DNA of 20,000 nt from Chiloscyllium plagiosum (taxonomy: Eukaryota): positions 19,713,559 to 19,733,558 of the forward strand of contig NC_057718.1 of the NCBI RefSeq assembly GCF_004010195.1, given 5' to 3'. This document shows positions 19,377-20,000 of the stretch, in pieces (position 1 is the first letter of the stretch; every line of letters begins with the position of its first letter). A program made the position numbers and the translations under genes. The notes below the pieces were generated by a model. That model was not told where the DNA came from. It saw only the letters and a list, made by a program, of their open reading frames with translations, and ran no database searches.

Positions 19377-20000
19377 CAGAGGAACCTCGATTATCCGAAG
19401 GAGATCTCAAGGTCCTGATAGAAACATTACATCAAAGAGGTGTTTCCAACACTGATCGTGTCTTTTGTTAACAATGATCAAAAACAAACTTAGCCTACTG
19501 AAAAGCTGCCGAGAACAGTCCTGCACATCAATGGGAGTCCAGGCACGTCCCCAAATGACTGACTTCCTGCCCTCTCTCTCGGTCTCCCCACACTTTCCCT
19601 GGAGTTCTACCCTAACCCCTCCCTTCCCCAGACAATCTCTCCAATCGGGCAAAGGTGGAACTTGTCAAAACGTCGCAGTGAGAAGTTGTGTGTGTGTGCG
19701 TGCATGCGCGCTCACTCGCTGTATTTGGAGACTCACCCCACCGACCCCCACCCCAAAGGCTCTGCTCCAGTCCAGTCTGACCGTGGGTGGAAGTGAAGAT
19801 GGGCAGGGCAGAAGGGTCGGACGGGGGCACAGACGAGGTTGGGGTGGAATGTGTGTTGGAGGTGTAGGCAGTGGACCGGGGGTGCTGGGTTGGACAAGTT
19901 TGGGGGGAGGGGGTGCAGGCAGTGGTGGACTGGGCGGCACAGTGGGATGGGGTTGGGAAGGATAGGTTCAGACAGGGAGCGTGGTTGGCGGGGGTCGGAC
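19377..20000. mobile_element. Left end of a Tc1/mariner-superfamily (Tigger/pogo-like) non-autonomous DNA transposon, running off the window
   Basis: TA followed by CAGAGGAACCTCGATTATCCGAA, a typical pogo/Tigger-type TIR pattern. Composition shifts from AT-rich to GC/CpG-richer after it. The partner TIR is not in the window. Confidence 0.65.

Noticed and set aside
19465..19965. Gly-rich and Pro-rich ORFs
   Set aside because: They are by-products of G/C-rich low-complexity sequence with no domain signal.

Overview
Repeat-dense, non-coding vertebrate genomic DNA, almost certainly from a shark or other elasmobranch (inferred from HE1-type V-SINEs together with their CR1/HER1-type partner LINE). 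I recognise no intact host gene; nearly all listed ORFs are decayed transposon frames or chance frames. Contents: four HE1-like SINEs; two vertebrate-type CR1 fragments; an RTE-like relic; a possible L2 relic; a Tigger/pogo-like DNA transposon end; and several Penelope-like element (PLE) insertions with target-site duplications, inverted termini, a GIY-YIG remnant and minimal hammerhead-ribozyme motifs. The most notable structure is a near full-length decayed APE-RT LINE (11420-15879). Its 5' end is a tRNA-like Pol III head (A/B boxes) with no room for ORF1. Two short SINEs elsewhere in the window (1283-1664, 8268-8638) look like that head joined directly to that LINE's 3' tail, which suggests a tRNA-headed LINE and its internal-deletion SINE. 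A 447-nt N gap lies at 13860-14306.
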